Of a stretch of DNA of 45,145 nucleotides, positions 23,702 through 37,018 are shown piece after piece. The stretch comes from Dimorphilus gyrociliatus. Taxonomy: Eukaryota; Animalia; Annelida. The stretch's first letter is position 1. Each line of letters opens with the position of its first letter. The translations under genes and the position numbers were made by a program. The notes beneath the pieces were generated by a model, which worked only from the letters and a program-made list of their open reading frames with translations, was not told the DNA's origin and did not search any database. Where the stretch lies: NCBI GenBank assembly GCA_904063045.1, contig CAJFCJ010000090.1, positions 51,967-97,111 on the forward strand, in the 5' to 3' direction.

Positions 23702-24258
23702 TTAACGTTTTGTTTGAAGATATACAGCTCTTTTCTGTAGCATTCTTCTCAAAGTTTTTCCGTAGGAGGAAATATCTTCCTTTTCAAGATTTCCTTTCAA
23801 GCAATCTATTTTTAGAACTGTCAATGCCCATCTCTTCCCCTTTTCTTTTCTTTCCTAATTCAAAGCATTAACTTTATAACATTTATCATAAAGATATTTT
23901 ATTAATATCTTTTAAACCGGCATAAATATCCTATTGAAAGAGATTTCACCATTTAGGAAAAAATGAAAAGAGTGACAAAATGATACTGCTGTAATAACAC
24001 ATTTTGAAATATCCAAAATATTTTGAAGAGAGAGTATTAAAAGTGATCTTTGAAGTGAATTTTCCAATGTCTCTTCACAATTAAAAATATACAAACAATG
24101 TTTATTCATTTGTTGTAGAAAATTTCGATCTTTTTAAAAAAATAATTTGTTCTTTATTTTTAAAAATTTGAATTTGAAAATTAATTATTTAACAAAAGAA
24201 AAAGGATTATCTACTAGTTTTTATTTGTTCTCTTACAGTTAACCATAAATGTTCTTCA
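23702..24258 (-). CDS. Gene C C-terminal pseudokinase-like domain (exons 24258..24215, 24129..23918, 23854..23702)
   Basis: LYIFNCEETLENSLQRSLLILSLQNILDISKCVITAVSFCHSFHFFLNGEISFNRIFMP/...EKEDISSYGKTLRRMLQKRAVY. This is the clearest match to kinase subdomains V-VIb and IX. Confidence 0.75.
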
Positions 24259-27200
24259 CTGAAAGAAAGTAGGTGAGCAGTTTTATCATTTATTCAAATT
24301 AGATTAAATTCAGAATGGATAAACAAACATTTTCAACTTTTTCTCATACTTATAACTTTTATGGAGCTGCTTCAAATCATTTAATGTATAGATAAGTGGA
24401 TTAATCATTGAATTTATCGGTAAAATTATAATAATCCATATAGTGTAGGCTTTTTTTGAAAAAACTGGTTTAAAAACTGAATTATACATTCCTGTAAATA
24501 TGTTTTTTAATACTGTAATTTTTTCTTTATCGTTTCCTTATTATTAGATTTTGACAAACCCAAAAATGATATTGGCAACCAACAGGAAACATTTGTTAAA
24601 ACAATAAAGAGTCCTTCAATCATTATCTTCTTTTGCAGTTTAAATGCAAATTTTTCACTTGAATTCTTTTTCTGTAAAATCTTCTGCAAGATTATACAAT
24701 AAAATAACAAAATTGTTAAACTAATAACACAGATGAAACAGCAAAATAGCAAATAGAAATAGAATGATCCTTTACTCGTTTCATTGGAAAAATGGAGGAC
24801 TAAACATACCGGGCTACTTGAGTAGTAATCCTATAACCAGCAAAAAAAAAATACTAAATAAAAACATTTTATTTCAAACTACTTTGTAAAAAAAAACTGG
24901 TAGAGTTGAAAAAGCAGAGCAAAAACAAATCAAGAAGATAATAAATAAGCAGGAAAGATAAGACTGAGAATTTTTAATTTTTGGATAAAATATTTTCTCA
25001 ACTTTGTCAATTGCTATAAAAAATACACTTAGAATTGATAAGAGAATTGAAAAATTGCAAAATATCCCAAGTATTGAACACTTTAAACTATTTCTCCATT
25101 TGAAATCATGTTCCATATATTGTCCTCTAAATTTTATATCTATAATTCCAATTGACAAACAGTATATTGACAAATTCAAATCAGCAATAATTAAACTACA
25201 ATTGTAAATTTGTCTTTTCTCTTTCAAAAGATAAATTCTTAAAATCAATGATAAAATATTTTTGAAAAATGCAATAATACTAAATATCCATAAAAAATTT
25301 TTTAATAATTTCAAATATAATAAATCTTTACAAGAACTAAATAATGATTTATCTGGTTTGCAGTAGATTATCTTATTTGAATATTTCCATGCAAAACAAC
25401 ACAATTCATAATAATTACTTTCCAAATATTCTATATTTTGTAATGATTGTAAGAAATATTTTATATTTTTTCTATCAATTATTGATTTTTTTAAATTTAA
25501 ATTTTTTAATCTGATTAGATAAGAAAATGCCATTTTTGCAATTTTTTCAAATTGACAATTACTCAAATTTAAATATTCAAGATAATTTAAATTTTTGAAA
25601 AAATCTTTTGTTATCAATGATAAGTTTGTCATTGAAACATCCAATTTTCTTAGTTTGTCAAATACATTAAATGAAAACTGATTTGGAAAAAATATTAAAT
25701 TTTTGTGAAGATCCAGAATTTGTAGTTTCTTTAAATGATTTCTTGTTATATATTTTAGTGATATTACCCTATTATCGCTCACGTTTAAATAAACTAGATT
25801 CGGGTAGTTTCTTGCTACCTTTGACATATTAACATTAGTACTCAGAGTTATAGTCAAACGTATTAGTGACTGAAATTTTTTCTCCATTAATAGACTGGAC
25901 AAAGAGAGATTGCTATTGGAAATGTATAGATTTTTCCAAAATAACCATTGAGTAATATTCAAACCTATTAGCTCAAATTTCTCGGAATTACAATAAACTG
26001 AATAGAAATTTTTACAAAAGCATTGACTTGGACAAAATGTGGATGCGTTGCAGTACAATTCATCACTTCCTTTAAGACAATCAACAATTCCATTACAAAC
26101 ATCAGAAATGGTAATATAAAGTTTCTCTTCCCTACACTTGAAATATCCTTTTGGTTTGAAATTCTCTAAAACGAAAAATGGAGTTCAACAGTAAAAAATT
26201 CAACATCTGTAAATTTTAATATATACCGCAATCAAATTCATCGTCGTATTCTGTGCAGTGAACAACACCATCACAAACTTGCTTAATTGAGATACAATAG
26301 TAATTGTTCCTGCACAAATACTCGCCAATTTTACACTTCGTCACATTGCAGTTTTCCAGTGTATGATAAGGATAATGAACTTTGGTAAGTAAATTTCCCA
26401 TTGAGTCGTAATCAATTGAACAAGTCTGTTTATAGTTGTCGACATTTTTCTTGATAAATGAACAATATTTGAATTTTTTTGTTGAGTAGCGTCTTTCACA
26501 CGATTCATCTGATTCGTCTTCCCCATTGAAACAATCGATTTGAAAGTCGCATACTTTATTCATTGGTATACATTTTTTATCGCAATAGAAAAATTGCTCA
26601 TCATTACTGCAATCTTAATTATTCCAGATATTTCAAATTGTTAATTTTATTTGTTTGTCAAACATGTTTATTATAATTTTTTGTTACTTAAATGTTTTAC
26701 TGGATTTAATATACTGTGTTTATCAATTATTGAACAAATTTCGTCACTTCCGTCTAGGCAATTAATTTCACTATTACAAAATTCTTCTATCTCTCTGCAT
26801 TCTTTGTTTTTGCATCTTTTGAAGAAAAAAAATCCAAATTTCAAAATGTTACTTTAATTTGTTTATATTGAAGAGATTGAAGTGAATTACAATCTTTTCC
26901 CTGGAGAGCAATCTTCCCATTCTGATATTTGGATAAAAGTATACATTTTATAGGATACGATAGGATATTAAATTCTTATTTACCGCAACTTTGCTCATCA
27001 TTCCCATTAGGACAATCTGGAATGTGATCGCATATTTTCTTGTACGAAATTTCATAGCCATCCCCGCATTGGTAGTCTTGGAAGAGAGAACAATTTTCTT
27101 CATCTTCACCGGAAAAACAATCATTAAATCCGTCGCAAACGTAAATTCTATTGATACAAATTTCATCAATTGAACAGTAGAATGTATTTTGTGAACAGGA

Positions 27201-29877
27201 AACATTTGAAAGTTTAGCCATCAATTGTTGATTTAATAAATTTATCTTATCAGTATCTTCAATATCTGTTGCTGTACAGAACTTATTTGTCAAAAATTGT
27301 AGACAAACAAAACAGAATTTTCTTTCAAACCTACTTGCAAGTCTCATACAGTGTATTGCTGTTATAGAATAGGCTTGACATGCAGCTGACTGAATATTAT
27401 ATTGTTTTTTAAAAAATATACCATTAAACTTAATCCATTTGTAATAAAAGCAAGATGATAATTTCGATACAGTTTGTCCAGAATTACTAACGACAAAGAT
27501 ATTTCCGCATAGGCTAAAGGAAATGTTAAAATACATGAACGAGAAGAAAGAGGAGAGAGAGAGAGATATTACAATGGATAAAATGATGTAAAATCATACG
27601 GTTTGCCATCTAAATGAACAGCAATCGTGTTATTTCTTCTATCTTTTGTTCTCTTTAACTCTTTAACAATTTTTTACACTAATTTAATCATTCCAAATTA
27701 AAAAAAAAAACAAAAAAAGCCTTACTTCCCCCCAAAATTTGATTATTCAAGCCAACTGCAACAATGTCAAAACCACTCATAGTAGATAATATCCTAATTT
27801 TCTCTAATCTCGTAAGAAACTGATAATTATCAAATGATAAGAATGATAATGTACTATTAATTAATTGACAATATTTTGAACTCTTCTCAATAGATATTTC
27901 ATTTTCCAAATGAATATATGTAAAACAATATTGTTTGTATAAAAATGCAGTTTTTTGATGGCAAACTAAGAGAAGGAAAAAATTTCTTTTTATGTTTGAA
28001 TTGAAAAAATTAATTTTTACTTTTAGCTTTGTTTGAACATTCAATATTAAAAACTTCTTTTGAATTTCGAAGTAGGAAAGCGAGTTCATTATCAATACGT
28101 TTAGCTAATGCTTGTTTATCAATGAAAAATTTACAGGAAGTCATACTATCTAATTGTTTACAGGCTATTCTAGCGTCGAATAATAAAAATGTACTCCATT
28201 TCGATATAGAATCCGAAATACTTCCATAATTAAAACCGAACGATTTGCACAAGTTTGTCAAATTTTCAAAAGTGAATGTTTCCATAATTGGATTATACCA
28301 TAATCCATTGTAATAAACTTGTACAGATCCAATAAAGTTTGTCAGATTATGTTTGTCACCAATATTTAAAAAAATTTCACTATTTTTAAAAATTCTGAAA
28401 TGCAAATCTGCAAAAGGAGAATATTTTTTTTTTTAAATTTAATTTTTGACAAACTTCTGTAAAGTTTCTTTTCGCAATTTATAAAAAATACATAAGTAGA
28501 TTCGTATTGCATATTCATTAAACAGTTTGTCAAATTATTTTTTGTCCAATTGCAGTAGGCTAATGTTGGAACTAATTTTTTATTAAAATGGAAATTTATT
28601 GACGAACATGAATAATTTTTTCTTAACTGTAAAATTTTTGCAGTTGAAATTTTAATGGATTTTTAAATTATTATCATAAATTTTTACATATTCTGTTAGT
28701 GTTACTATTTTGTAATCTATTCCAACATTTTTTGATTCTAAGTTACATAATGATATAGCCATTCTAATGGGATGAAGTTGATATTTAATAGTTAGTGGAA
28801 TGTATCCTTTAGTTCTGGAATTTGCTATATAGGTTGTTCCCAATTTGAAAATATTTTTAAAGAGAATATTATGAAAATTGTCAGGCATTTTTTCAATTTT
28901 GAAATCTAGGATAAAGATTAGATTATCCCTTTTATTCAATTAGAATGAAAAATTGAACAACTTTACCATTAAACTGTTGAAAAGAACAAAACACCTTTTT
29001 ATATTTGAAATTTAAATTTTGAAATTGAGTGTAGCTTGTAAATGACAAACTATGATTATTAGAGACAATCATTGATATGTTTTTTGCAATTTTATATTTT
29101 TTATAAGATTTTAAGTAGAATTGACTATTTAAACAAATTTTCGCCAATGACGTCATTGTTTCTCGATAGAGATTAAACGTTTTCTTCCGGTATCTTCCGT
29201 GAAGCGAAAATTTATTTTCTCCTTTCTCCAAAGCAAAATAAACTAAAAAAAAGAAAAAAAGTTATTTTCTATAAGAATATAAAAGAATTTAATTTCTTTT
29301 CTCTTTACACAGTTGATGAATTTTAAAACATTTTAAACAGAAGAGATTATTATTTGAATTATCGCTCATATTAACATTATACCTGTTGGAAATTTTATTT
29401 TGTATGTATAATAATTGATGACAAACAAAACATGCTATTTACAATAGTAATGAGTTTTCCTTCTCTACTAGAAGAGCAGTTATTTTTTCTGTAAAAAAAA
29501 AATTTATAGTTGAGCAAGTTTGTTAAAAAATTCTTTTTTTGGATATAATTACCAGTTGTCTGTTTGCAAACCTGTGATATAAAATGTATTGTATCGTATC
29601 CCATTGACAAACAAATTCTTTTTATACTTTTCGACGTAAGATCTGTGTAGAAGCCAAGTGTGTCTTTACGATTATTTGATAATTGCTTTATCATCAATTG
29701 ACCATAAATATATAAATGATTTTCAATAATTGGTTTAATTATGAAAGTAAAATTTGTATTATCAATTCGAACAGAATTAACTGGTATAGATTTTACACCG
29801 CAATTCATTGTACATATAATGGAAAATTGATTTATTAATATCGGACAAACAAGTATGAAAATATTTGAAAAATTCAT
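23702..29877 (-). CDS. Gene C: complete GRL101-like LGR GPCR with SRCR-like/CTL/LDLa/LRR ectodomain and pseudokinase-like tail
   Basis: ATG 29877 MNFSNIFILVCPILINQFSII; SRCR-like (ICLSMGY; FIGSVQVYYNGLW...LCKSFGF); CTL-like; six LDLa at about 27200..26050; LRR/TM1-4 ORF 24874..26058; TM5-6 24507..24752; TM7 NSMINPLIY at about 24490..24329; stop TAA 23702..23704. Confidence 0.85.
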
Positions 29878-30545
29878 TTTTGTTTTTAAAAAAAATTTCT
29901 TCAACTTTGTAAAAGAAATAAAAAAGAAATTCAAGACTTTTGTGCTTTTAAACAGCAAATGACTTTAATGAGTTGTATAGGCGACATTCAATACTATTTT
30001 AATTACATAAAAAAAATTTTATTGAAAAGCTCTAATTAAATGATTCACTTATCGATGCATGAAAAATGAATTTTGTTCTTTCTGTTTACATCTTGATAAG
30101 GCATCAAGTACGTCAGGCAATTGCTCAGAAGAACATTGATCATTACTGTTTTTTTTTAAAAATGGTCAAATTCTTCTCATCAGTTCAAGAAGAGAAAGAA
30201 GATTCAAATGATAATGTAGTTTCTGTTCTAGTTGACAACAATTTGGGTACTGCTCCAATCACTCCAATAATTTTACATTATAATATGTTCATGTTCTAAC
30301 TTTACATAACTAAGATTCAAATCTCATTATCCTCAATCACTCTCTCTATGGTACTCATCCATTCCAAAAAGAAATTTAAGTATGAGTACAATAATGTTTT
30401 CTGGCTTTAGATAAAAAAAATTTGCTGTTTTAAAAAAGATATTTGACAAGCATTTATTGAGAAAAAGAGAAAACAAACATTACAAGAGAGCATGCCAATG
30501 TAATTGTGACAAACTGATAAAAAAATATTGTATGACACACAAAAT

Positions 30546-33500
30546 TTAAATGTTATCAGTACCATCCATAATAACGTTTGGTCCAATATCGATATCCTCA
30601 ACATCCGAATCGTTGTGAAAAAATGTTCTGGAAAACGAGACGTTTCTCTGAAAGAACTCAACACCTATTTCCTTTACGTAGCACGATTCAAAAGGATTAT
30701 TTCGAATATTTAATTTTGAAAGCATTTTTAATTTCGTAACCGCCATTATTAATGGAAACGCTTGGCGATTGTCTAAACTGCAAGATGCTATATTGAGCTC
30801 TTTCAAACACTTGCAGGTTTTACCTAATTCATTAAATATTTGGTCGCTATTTTCATTAAGTTTATTAGCTGATATATTTAAATGATTTAACAGAGGCGAT
30901 TGGCTTAAAACTGTTGCAAGATATGGTGTAATCTTCTCATCAAAACCACAACTTGAAAAGGATAAAAATTCAAAATTATTACCCCTAGAGGCGAGACTCC
31001 TGAAAATTTCTTCTCCTAATTTAACACCAAAATCATTAAAAGATATATTTAATTTAGATAAATTGGATTGATTTTTTAACGACTCAGCAATCAATAATCC
31101 ATTATTTGAATTTAAAAAACAGTTACTAATATCCAAGTTTGTCAAATTTGTACAAACTGTTGAAAGTGCTTTTAGAAGATTCTCTCCAGTGCTATTTTCA
31201 AATTTTATATCTGATATAGTTAATTCCTGTAGGTAGGTTTGTTTTTGAATTGCTTTTATTAGAAAATGAATTGCAGTCTTATTAAGTAAACAATGACTGC
31301 AATTCAACTGCATTAGAGAGCGACAATTGGTGGATATAACTGCAAAAAGTGATTTCCCCATTTTTCTATTATCTATATCACTCATTGAAACATTTATATT
31401 TGTCAATCCTCCAAATCCTCTTGTGGTATTCAAATCTGAATTTTCTCCACTAATAGAGAGACTTAAATGACAATTTTCCAGATTTAACTCTCTAATCTCT
31501 TTGCAGTTTTCCCAAATAATCGTCAAAAATGATTGATTTTCGATTTTCGACGAAAAATCATTATGGGATAGGTCGAAAGTTTCCAGTCTTTTTAACCTTT
31601 TAACCCCTTCCAATAGATTCTCATGAATTGTGGAGTTTAAATTGCAGTTGGACAAATTGAGTAGTTTACAATTATCCATATCTTTAGAAATATATTTAAA
31701 TATTGTATTTCCGACTGTATTTCCTAATTGATTATTCGAAAGATTTAAGCTTTCCAGTCGCCACAGTTTCTTTAAGGCAACAGTTAAACTCTTGTTAATC
31801 TGTTCATCAAATTGGCAAGACCCAAAATCCAATAGGGCAATCATTTTGCAGTTGTTTGCCAGAGTCTTCAAAATAGAATTTCCAACTTCTGATTCCAGTT
31901 TATTTTCCTTTAAAATTAGCTGGGAAAGGTTTGTTTGTTGCGAAATGACATTGTTCAACATTAGTCCGTGAATACTACTCAAACCACAATCAATTAGTTT
32001 TAAGCACGTTAATGTTCTGCAATCTGTAGAGAGAATTTTAAATATTTCATACTTTTTCTTATCATTAAAATCCTTATTACTGGAAATTTGAATTGTTTTT
32101 ATTGATGACAAACTCTTTAAAGCCTGTTTGCAAATAGCAAACTTTTGGTCATTTTTAACGAAAAGTTCTAAATTTAAATTTTCAAAATTAATTGAATTTG
32201 TATTGAAAATTTCAAAAAGTTTTTTAAATGGTATTTTTCTATGGAGAAGAGAAGGAGAATCTTTCAAAAATGTATTGACAAACTTTAAAATGGAGTTTAC
32301 TCTTTGAAGATTAAATTCTTGACTATTAATGAATTTGTTCAAGTTAAGTAAATGCCAATTGTCCAAATAATATTGACTAGAATTTGAATTGAGCACTTGA
32401 AGGAAATTTAAATTTGATATGATGTTTGAAATTTCCATTAAATGCTTAGATTCTAATTTATTGCCAAATATATAAAATTCTAATGGTTTTGCAGTTGAAT
32501 TGAGCATCTTCATTAAAAAATCTATAATTCCAGTATATTCAAATTTGTTATTGGAAATATTCAACACTTCCAGATGAGTTAAACAATCTAAAAGAGATTT
32601 AAAATGCTGAAGGAAATTGTCTGTTAGATTGCAGTTTGAAATGTTGAGTAGCTTTAATCTATTTAAAGTAAAATATTTTTCATCAATGTAAATACCATTT
32701 AAATTATTCATAGATAAATCTAAACTATCAATCTTCACCAGTTTATCATTGTTTGGGAATGCTTTATAATCTAATTGGCAGTTTGTAAAACTTACTATTC
32801 TTTTGTCAACTTTCTTTAAACTCATGTAGACAAATAATCTCTTTACTATTGATTGATTTAGGTCATTGTTAGTTATAACTACTTCCTCCAATCTATCAAA
32901 TTCTTTTAATAGCTCGAACAAATCTTTTTCAGCTATCTTCTCTTCCGTGCTATCTTCATTCTCTCCATTTGATATCTTATTCAATTTGAATGAAATCAGT
33001 TTGCCTTTTTCAACACATTTTAATATGTTAAAAATTGCTGTTTTGTTGAAATTCTCTCCAAATTCTAAACTTTCTATCTTGCTTATTACTTTTAAATGAA
33101 AATTCGATAAAATATTGCCAAAATTGTCAAAGATAAATTTCACTTCCGGTAGAATGACGCTCTTCAACTTTTTGCCTAGGAATAGGCAGTTGATAAATGA
33201 AAAATCTATAGTTTCTTCAATTATGGCTTTATTCATTTGGAATCTCTTTAGTTTTCCATTTTTACTGAGAAAATTTTTGAAAATGTCACCTTTAATTGAC
33301 AAACAACAATCGTTGATAATAAAAGAGATAAGATTCCTTGAATTTTTTAAAATAGAACTCAAAACAATTTTTGTCAGTTGAGGATCATTTCCTGAAAAAT
33401 TAATTTTTTCCATTTCTGTTGTTTGGCTAAAAAATTGCTGTAAATTGTCGTATTCATTTGAAGAGAAGTTGCAGAAAGATAAATTGATGTTCTTCAGCTT

Positions 33501-35693
33501 TTTTTTATTTTTAATAAAGTTGCTTAGAGATTCAAAACTTCCATCTGAAGAAAAATGATTAAGTGATATTACATCAAGAAGAGAAAGAAAAGAAAGAGAG
33601 AGTAGAGAAATGAGAGAAAATAGAGAGAAAGGAGAAGATAGAAAACAGGGAATATTTTCATTATATTATACTTTTTACTTACCCAAAAATTTGCAGTCAG
33701 ATAATTGCAGTGTTTTCAACTTGTTTAGGAATTGAAATATTACGACATTCTTTATTGTAAAAATGATTCCGCAATCATCTAAAGACAATTCTTCAAGTTG
33801 GAAACTTTGTTCAGTACTATTGACAATGTTGCCAAATACTTCAACGTCAAGTTGCACATGCTTTAGACAAAGTTTCTTGAGCTTCTTAAAGGCAAATAAC
33901 ATTTCCGGAATTATGTAAAATGTCAATGAACCCTGCATTCCTCCAATAATTCTGATCTCCTCCAGATAATTTCTAAGCGTCACTTTTGCAGTTTGAAGAA
34001 TCTCTCTTAAATTGAAATTGACAAGTTCAAGAGATATCTTTGTAACTTTAATATTCAAGAATAAAATGATTATCTTCCATACATTTGTTGATAAGAATTC
34101 TCCTCTCTGCCTCAATTGTCTGGTTTTTCTTTTAATGATATTCCGCTGGGCATCGCTAACAGTCTCCACAATTTCTAAGATATTTAGATTTTGCGAAAGA
34201 AAGATAAAAAATACCTCAGCATCTAAATATTGCAGAAATTTGAAAATATTCAACATTTTTACTGGATTAGTGTGTTTTTCAATGATGTTACCCAATTCGT
34301 ACGCCTTCTCTTTGAAATGACCTTTCGAGTATGTACTCAACTTTCCACTTCTCATCCTTCTAATAAAAAAAATAATATACTCTGCAGCGAAATATTCCTT
34401 GAATTTTTCATTTAAAAATCGTAAATTTTCACTCCCAGTTTCTTTAATTAGAATACCCATTTTTTCTCCAATTTCGATATTATCGCCCTCTATCAACTCT
34501 TTTCCAAGTACAATATTCAGGAATGAAGCGCAAGATATTTGTCTTCTCACTTTGGTAAAATTCTCTTTGTATCTCTTCACTAAAACCTTTAGGAAACATC
34601 TAAAAATAGAATATCCATTGATCTGGCTAAATTGCTGTCTACTTTCATAGACAATTGCAGTTAAATAGGCTATTAGAGGGCATGAACAAGCAGTATACAA
34701 ATTTCTTTCTTTAGATAACCATTTCATTAGATTTTGTACCATTTTACTATTATTCTTTGAATGTTTGTAAAAAAATTCCACCATTTGAGCTTCATTAAAT
34801 CCTTTTATCTCATAAATGTACTCAAAAGTTTGCCCAACTTTTCTCATATCTTCACCAGTCCCTATCCAAGCTATTACTGGATAATCAATCTTATCTTCAA
34901 TCTCTAATATATCCAAAAATGGCTTTAAATGATCCTTTAACTTTAGTTTGTCAATATCAATTTGATCTATAAACAAAACTGGTAAAAAGTCTTCATATAT
35001 TGGAGATTCTGTAAGAAAATATTTAAGTAGGTCCTTAGTTATAGATGTAGATTTATTGAAATTTTGATCTAGAATTACATCGAAGAAATCCTGACACGAC
35101 TCAACTTTATCAAAGTTTATTGTGAAGAATATGCAATTGTTAAAGAAATTGCTATCAGTTGCCCACAAATGAAGAATCCTTTGGAGAAGAACAGTTTTTC
35201 CCATACCAACGGCGCTGTGAACAAGAATTCTTAAAGCGGTTTTAGTTTTTCCATCTGTGGATTTCAGCTCTGTAAGAGGCGATAAGATATTTTGAAAGTG
35301 TTCACCAATAAATGACGACGCCTGACAAGTACTCTTAAAGATATCAATTGGTGTAAAGATACTTTCAATTCTCTCAATTTTTGTCGAATGTCCACAAGTT
35401 ATTGTACTCAATTTATGTTTCTTATACAATCTCATTTCCAATTTGAGCATAACCCAAATATTGGATATCTTATTAGCCAACTGCTCATAACGACTTTTGC
35501 CCAATCTGTAAAGGATATCTGTCAATTGATACTCAGTAGAGATTTTCGTTTGGAGAAAAGTATCAAAATTTTCAAAAAATAACGCTTTATCCCTCGTTTC
35601 ACAACATTGCGAAAGACAAGCGCAAAAGAACGCCCTATCGCCCTTAAGGGTGAGTATATCTTCTTTAAAGAACGAAATTACTGGATTTATCAT
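30546..35693 (-). CDS. Large NLR-like protein: death-fold-like N-terminus, NACHT, winged-helix/HD2 and long RI-type LRR array (two exons, about 1670 aa)
   Basis: Walker A SAVGMGKT, Walker B LFIDQID, CSCPL, FLNEKFKEYFAAEYI in ORF 33675..35744. Intron 33682..33545 (g/gtaagt...ttcag/at) joins in frame to the 955-aa LRR ORF 30546..33413. First ATG at 35693. Confidence 0.88.
33575..33645. repeat. AG-rich low-complexity tract in the NLR intron
   Basis: agaagagaaagaaaagaaagagagagtagagaaatgagagaaaatagagagaaagg lies within intron 33682..33545. Confidence 0.7.
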
Positions 35694-37018
35694 TGGATTG
35701 GCAATACTTGCGAGAGCAAATACAAAAAGGTCTATTGGCAACAATCAATATGCAAACAAACAGATATTGTGACAAACAATAGAATTGCTAATGAAAAAAC
35801 TGGCAAAGAGCAAGCGCTCTTCTCTTGAATACCTATCTTTTATTGTTAGAGAACTCTATTGATAGAAGAATATGCAATCATCTTATGAATATATATTGTC
35901 CTAGTTTATTACCAATTTTTTTAAGTAAAATAAAATATCCTTTCATACTAGTTTGTCAAAATTTTCAATAGATGAATCAGTTTTCTAAAGAGAAAGAAAT
36001 TGAGTATTATTTGTTAAAAAAAGCTGGAAAACTACTCTGAAAAGATTTTGTTAGCTTATCCTAAGTGGTCAAAATGGCTATTAATTTATGAATGAAAGCA
36101 AAAATTTCGATTTTTTAAATAAATAATAGAGTCACCGACAAATGTTTTTAAACATTTTCATTTTTATGAGCAGCATGTCGCAAACTCAGTGAAGATGAGA
36201 GCAAAATTCCGATCACACCATTAAATTTTATTTTCAAGTGCATTCAACTAAACTTAAGACAAAATGGTGAAGTTCATGTTCAGATTCCTCCTCTACACCA
36301 TATACAGATAGGGCTACAACCGATTGGGGGACCGCGAGAAGTGTCCTTTGAACACATAAAAGATAGGATAATTGTTTTTATAAAACATATATGTCACCTT
36401 GAACGGGGCGGGGAGGAAATGTCCCTGTAGGCTGAAGTTTAGGCTAAGATTTTGGGCATTTTCATTTCGATATTTTTCAATTCATATATGGCACAACTGA
36501 GGGTTAGGATGTATAAACTGCAAAGAATCTTGCTCAATGGGGAGTCAGGGTTTGGGTAAAACACCAAAAAACGGGTCATTTTCTTTCATACTCACTTTTA
36601 AATAAATTTTCCTAACTCTAGAAATGCCCAAAAATTTACCCTTACGATATATAAATCATCACTGCTTCACTCTAATCACCTGAGAAGATCAATCTGAAAA
36701 CAACCTCAAGTTGGAGCAAGCCTTCTACTCTTCAAAATTAGAAGCTGGTAATTTGGCAACTAGCTATTACAAACAATCTTCTCTGCCATTGAACTTGTAT
36801 ATTATTACTTGCCTAAGTATTTCATTTTGAATGAACCATTTAAATGAAACATTTGTTCGAGTAGAACCAGTATTGTTGTAATATGCAAGCACATAAATTG
36901 GCTAAGCAGAAACAGTACAATAGATTTAGCATGAGTATATAAGAAAAGATCATGCCTGATTATTGTTTGTTATGTAAACTAACTCTGTGTATACAATACT
37001 GCTTTAGTACTAAAAAAA

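Noticed and set aside
35745-35747. In-frame TGA upstream of the NLR as a selenocysteine or read-through codon
   Set aside because: No SECIS could be identified by eye and the context suggests a Trp position; a premature stop or non-coding context is more parsimonious.
36430-36635. 12-bp inverted repeat (ttttgggcattt / aaatgcccaaaa) and a ctgaagtttagg word shared with about 23320 as a MITE
   Set aside because: Matches are short, no TSD was found, and boundaries cannot be defined without a genome-wide search.
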